Shown here: positions 46,736 through 49,930 of the stretch, in pieces | Numbering within the stretch: position 1 is the first letter of the stretch | Layout: the number at the start of each line of letters is the position of its first letter | Source: an uncultured Lachnospiraceae bacterium | GTDB taxonomy: Bacteria > Bacillota > Clostridia > Lachnospirales > Lachnospiraceae | Direction of reading: 5' to 3' | Assembly: GCA_905235585.1 (NCBI GenBank) | Contig: CAJOME010000001.1 | Location: 1 to 49,930, forward strand | Length of the DNA: 49,930 nt | The notes under the pieces: model-generated | Seen by the model: the letters and a program-made list of their open reading frames with translations, nothing else | The model's database searches: none | What the model was told of the DNA's origin: nothing | Program-made: the position numbers and the translations under genes

Positions 46736-47557
46736 ATGGTTAGATCATTATGGACAGCAGCTACCGGCATGATAGCACAGCAGACTAATGTAGACACGAT
46801 CGCCAACAACCTGGCGAATGTAAATACCACGGGCTATAAGACGGAGACAAATGAGTTTAAGAGTCTTTTGTATCAGACCCTACAGACCAAGACCACTACC
46901 GCGAATGCCGAGCAGAAGCCCATAGGAGCTCAGGTAGGTCTCGGTGTAAGAAACGCTTCGATCACCTCACAGTTTTCAAACGGCGCGCTACTCGAGTCAG
47001 AGAGCACGACAAGCTTTGCGGTACAGGGAAAGGGTTTCTTCGCAGTAAGAGGCAATGACGGTCAGACATATTACACAAGAAACGGTGATTTCAATTTCAT
47101 GCTCAACGCGCAGGGCGGTCTGACACTTGCCAATTCGGACGGACTGCCGGTCTTAAATACCAACGGTCAGCCGATCACACTTAATGGAGATTATATAGCG
47201 AGCAGGGTGGAGGTGGATGCCACGGGACAGGTAATGTATCCGGACGACCAGAACAACCCTCAGCCAATAGCGGGTCTTCAGATAGGCATGTATCAGTTTC
47301 AGAATCCCAAGGGACTCGCAAAGGAGGGCGACTCACTCTTTTCCGTAACAGTCGCATCGGGGGATGCCATGAATGAAGCAACAAACAACAATCTTGAGAA
47401 ATCCGTGATCAGACAGGGATATCTGGAGGGCTCGAATGTCCAGGTAGCGGACGAAATGGTCAACCTTATAGTGGCACAGAGAGCATACGAGCTTAACTCC
47501 AAGGCGATCACGACTACCGACAGCATGATGGAGACAGCCAACCAGCTGAAGAGGTAA
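46736..47557 (+). CDS. flgG: Flagellar basal-body rod protein FlgG
   Basis: IANNLANVNTTGYK, YTRNGDF, LEGSNVQVADEMVNLIVAQRAYELNSKAI. Confidence 0.88.
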   Translation: MVRSLWTAATGMIAQQTNVDTIANNLANVNTTGYKTETNEFKSLLYQTLQTKTTTANAEQKPIGAQVGLGVRNASITSQFSNGALLESESTTSFAVQGKGFFAVRGNDGQTYYTRNGDFNFMLNAQGGLTLANSDGLPVLNTNGQPITLNGDYIASRVEVDATGQVMYPDDQNNPQPIAGLQIGMYQFQNPKGLAKEGDSLFSVTVASGDAMNEATNNNLEKSVIRQGYLEGSNVQVADEMVNLIVAQRAYELNSKAITTTDSMMETANQLKR

Positions 47558-47560
47558 TAA

Positions 47561-48034
47561 ATGGATATAGATACCAACTATCTTACCAATATGACAAGCC
47601 AGGCGGTCTCCGACGCAAATACAAAAAAGCTGAGGGAGTCTCTTTCAAAGCTGGCAGAGTCAAATACAGGGACAAAGGGCAGCGGCATTTCTTCTGCGGA
47701 AGACGAGAAGCTGATGGATGCCTGCAAGCAGTTTGAGAGCTATTTTGTGGAGCAGATGTTCAAGCAGATGATGAAGACCGTTCCCGAAGATCCGCTCGAT
47801 CAGGGCTCCAACAGTATGCTTGTGGATTACTACAAGGACAATCTGGTAAAAGAGTATGCATCGACAGCTACCGACAGGGAGGATCTTGGTCTTGCAAAGA
47901 TGCTGTACGAGCAGATGAAGAGAAATATAGGCATCACTCCCGAGGAAGCGGATGCCAGAGCGGCAGAGATATCAGATGAGGCAGCCGCGGCAAGCGGGGC
48001 TGTGACAGCCGATAATGATAAGCAGGCTGACTGA
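47561..48034 (+). CDS. Rod-binding protein (FlgJ N-terminal domain only)
   Basis: ACKQFESYFVEQMFKQMMKTV...GLAKMLYEQM; no muramidase domain. Confidence 0.8.
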   Translation: MDIDTNYLTNMTSQAVSDANTKKLRESLSKLAESNTGTKGSGISSAEDEKLMDACKQFESYFVEQMFKQMMKTVPEDPLDQGSNSMLVDYYKDNLVKEYASTATDREDLGLAKMLYEQMKRNIGITPEEADARAAEISDEAAAASGAVTADNDKQAD

Positions 48035-49930
48035 TGAGTCAGCAGCTCTCCGGTATTGTAGATCATGTAATATATCGCAATCCGGACAATTCTTATACCG
48101 TACTTATTCTTAATGCGAGCGACGGAGCCGATTATACCTGTGTTGGCGGTCTTCCGGAGCTTGATCCCGGCGAATCGGTCACCTTTGAAGGCGAGATCAC
48201 GGACAATCCAAAATACGGCACCCGGTTTTCTGTTTCTTCCTTTACGATCAATCCTATAGACGATGAAGTCTCTATATTCAGATATCTTTCTTCCGGCGCG
48301 GTAAAAGGCATAGGCGCGGGTCTGGCGAAACGCATAGTCGACAGATTTGGAGAGGATACCTTCAGGATCATAGAAGAGGAGCCGGAAAGGCTTTCGGAGA
48401 TAAAGGGGATATCGCTTCGCAAGGCAATTTCGATATCAGAGGCATTTGAGCTGAAATCAGGCAGTAGGCAGGCCATGTCATTTCTTTCGGGATATGGCAT
48501 ATCCCCCGGCATGGGACAAAAGATATATGATAAATATAAGGAACGTGTCTATGACATCATCCGTGCCAACCCCTACAGGCTGATAGAAGACATAGAGGGC
48601 ATCGGATTTATAACTGCCGACAGGATAGCCACGGAAGCCGGCATAGCAAGGGACTCCGAATACCGGATACGGTCAGCGATACTTTTCACACTTATGGAGA
48701 ATACAAACTCCGGCAGTATATGCATACCGGAGGAAGAGCTTGTAAGGAAAGCGTCGGAAGTCCTCGGACTTGATGCCGGACTCATAAAAGTGCAGATGGA
48801 TTCTCTTTCCATAGAGCGCAGGCTGATCAGAGAAGACGTGGATGGTATGATCTATGATTATGCCGATACGGCATACTATGCGGAAGCCGAAACCGCAAGG
48901 ATGCTTGTCGAGCTCAACATTGAGGATGCCGAAGATACGGAGAGCATCAGCAGGGCGGTATCCGGCATAGAGAAAGCATCGGATATAGAGCTGGAGGATA
49001 AGCAGAGAGAGGCGGTCATAGCTGCCATAAGCCACACGGTTTCAGTGATCACAGGCGGTCCGGGCACCGGAAAGACTACGATAACCAATCTTATGATCGG
49101 ATATTTTGAATCACAGGGACTGCATATCACACTTGCCGCTCCTACGGGCAGGGCAGCAAAGCGCATGACCGAAACCTCCGGACACGATGCCAGGACCATC
49201 CACAGACTGCTCGGTGCCGGTGCTATGATAGAAGGAAAGCCGGCAGCGGGCTTTGAGCACAACGGGGACAATCCCCTGGAGACCGATGTGATAATACTTG
49301 ATGAGATGTCCATGGTGGACATATTCGTCTTCAGATCCCTGTTAAGGGCTGTGGTTCCCGGCACCAGACTCATACTTGTGGGTGATGCGGATCAGCTGCC
49401 CTCGGTCGGACCGGGTGCGGTGCTTAAGGATGTGATAAATTCAGGCTGCTTTCATGTGACAAGACTCACCAGAATATACAGGCAGGCCGAGGCATCCTCC
49501 ATAGTCAGAAATGCCCATGCGATCATAGAGGGACGCAGTATCGCGCTTGACGCAAAAGACGAGGATTTCTTTTTTCTGGAAAGACAGGATGCGGAGCGGA
49601 TCATACAGGGTATGGTATATCTGGCGGAAAAGAAGCTCCCGGAGCTTTTGCACAGGCTCTGCGATATAGAAGGGTTAGAGTGGATAAGGATAATGTACTG
49701 TTATCCCGAGGAGATCGATGATGAGCTGATCGCTGCCATTAAGTCTGAAAAGAAGATACTTCACTATCTGGACATTCCGGTTCAGCACTCCTCTGATGAG
49801 ATACTGCGGCGCATGGGAAGAAGGTGCGACAGCGCGGGATTGCGGGAGGTTATAGCAAAACTCAGGAAGGAAATACCCGATATCGCGATAAGGACCTCGC
49901 TGATCGCAGGCTTTCCCGGAGAAACGGAAC
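48034..49930 (+). CDS. recD2: RecD2-like helicase (N-terminal ~535 aa) continuing in frame into a RimO-like radical-SAM segment; open at window end
   Basis: Not in the ORF track. HhH repeats (KGIG, NPYRL..IEGIGF), GGPGTGKTT, APTGRAAKR, DEMSMVD, GDADQLPSVG, IYRQ; after ~49630 reads LPELLHRLCDIEGLEWIRIMYCYPEE...YLDIPVQHSSDEILRRMGR...RTSLIAGFPGETE. Confidence 0.85.
   Translation, partial: MSQQLSGIVDHVIYRNPDNSYTVLILNASDGADYTCVGGLPELDPGESVTFEGEITDNPKYGTRFSVSSFTINPIDDEVSIFRYLSSGAVKGIGAGLAKRIVDRFGEDTFRIIEEEPERLSEIKGISLRKAISISEAFELKSGSRQAMSFLSGYGISPGMGQKIYDKYKERVYDIIRANPYRLIEDIEGIGFITADRIATEAGIARDSEYRIRSAILFTLMENTNSGSICIPEEELVRKASEVLGLDAGLIKVQMDSLSIERRLIREDVDGMIYDYADTAYYAEAETARMLVELNIEDAEDTESISRAVSGIEKASDIELEDKQREAVIAAISHTVSVITGGPGTGKTTITNLMIGYFESQGLHITLAAPTGRAAKRMTETSGHDARTIHRLLGAGAMIEGKPAAGFEHNGDNPLETDVIILDEMSMVDIFVFRSLLRAVVPGTRLILVGDADQLPSVGPGAVLKDVINSGCFHVTRLTRIYRQAEASSIVRNAHAIIEGRSIALDAKDEDFFFLERQDAERIIQGMVYLAEKKLPELLHRLCDIEGLEWIRIMYCYPEEIDDELIAAIKSEKKILHYLDIPVQHSSDEILRRMGRRCDSAGLREVIAKLRKEIPDIAIRTSLIAGFPGETE

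Noticed and set aside
49567-49575. T-rich run near the recD2/rimO junction as a slippage site
   Set aside because: The frame is continuous (FFFL) and the domain switch occurs about 60 nt later with no frameshift.

Overview
A ~50 kb stretch of mostly housekeeping chromosome from a motile, low-to-mid-GC Firmicute. Gene content and style suggest Lachnospiraceae (inference). It carries trpB2, lon with a perfect CIRCE, two tRNAs, murF-ddl-plsC, pyrC-adh-pyrK-pyrD-folT-folC, ftsEX-M23 peptidase-ctp, uvrB/uvrA, mreB-flgF/flgG-flgJ and recD2. The most notable observations are: (1) a ~146-bp non-autonomous MITE-like element (TIR GTTACTGTTCA, 8-bp target duplications) in 3 full copies and 1 partial copy, with stems conserved and G-N-A triloops varying, one copy having split a stop codon; (2) a MurD-like ligase with non-canonical (MurD2-like) motifs fused to a CapA/PgsA metallophosphoesterase domain; (3) an orphan hybrid histidine-kinase cassette between two tRNAs, flanked by a 26-bp direct repeat, with a palindromic operator in its promoter; (4) several apparently leaderless genes including pyrC; (5) an in-frame recD2::rimO junction at the window end, likely a misassembly or deletion. 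No CRISPR array, rRNA, transposase or integrase is visible.
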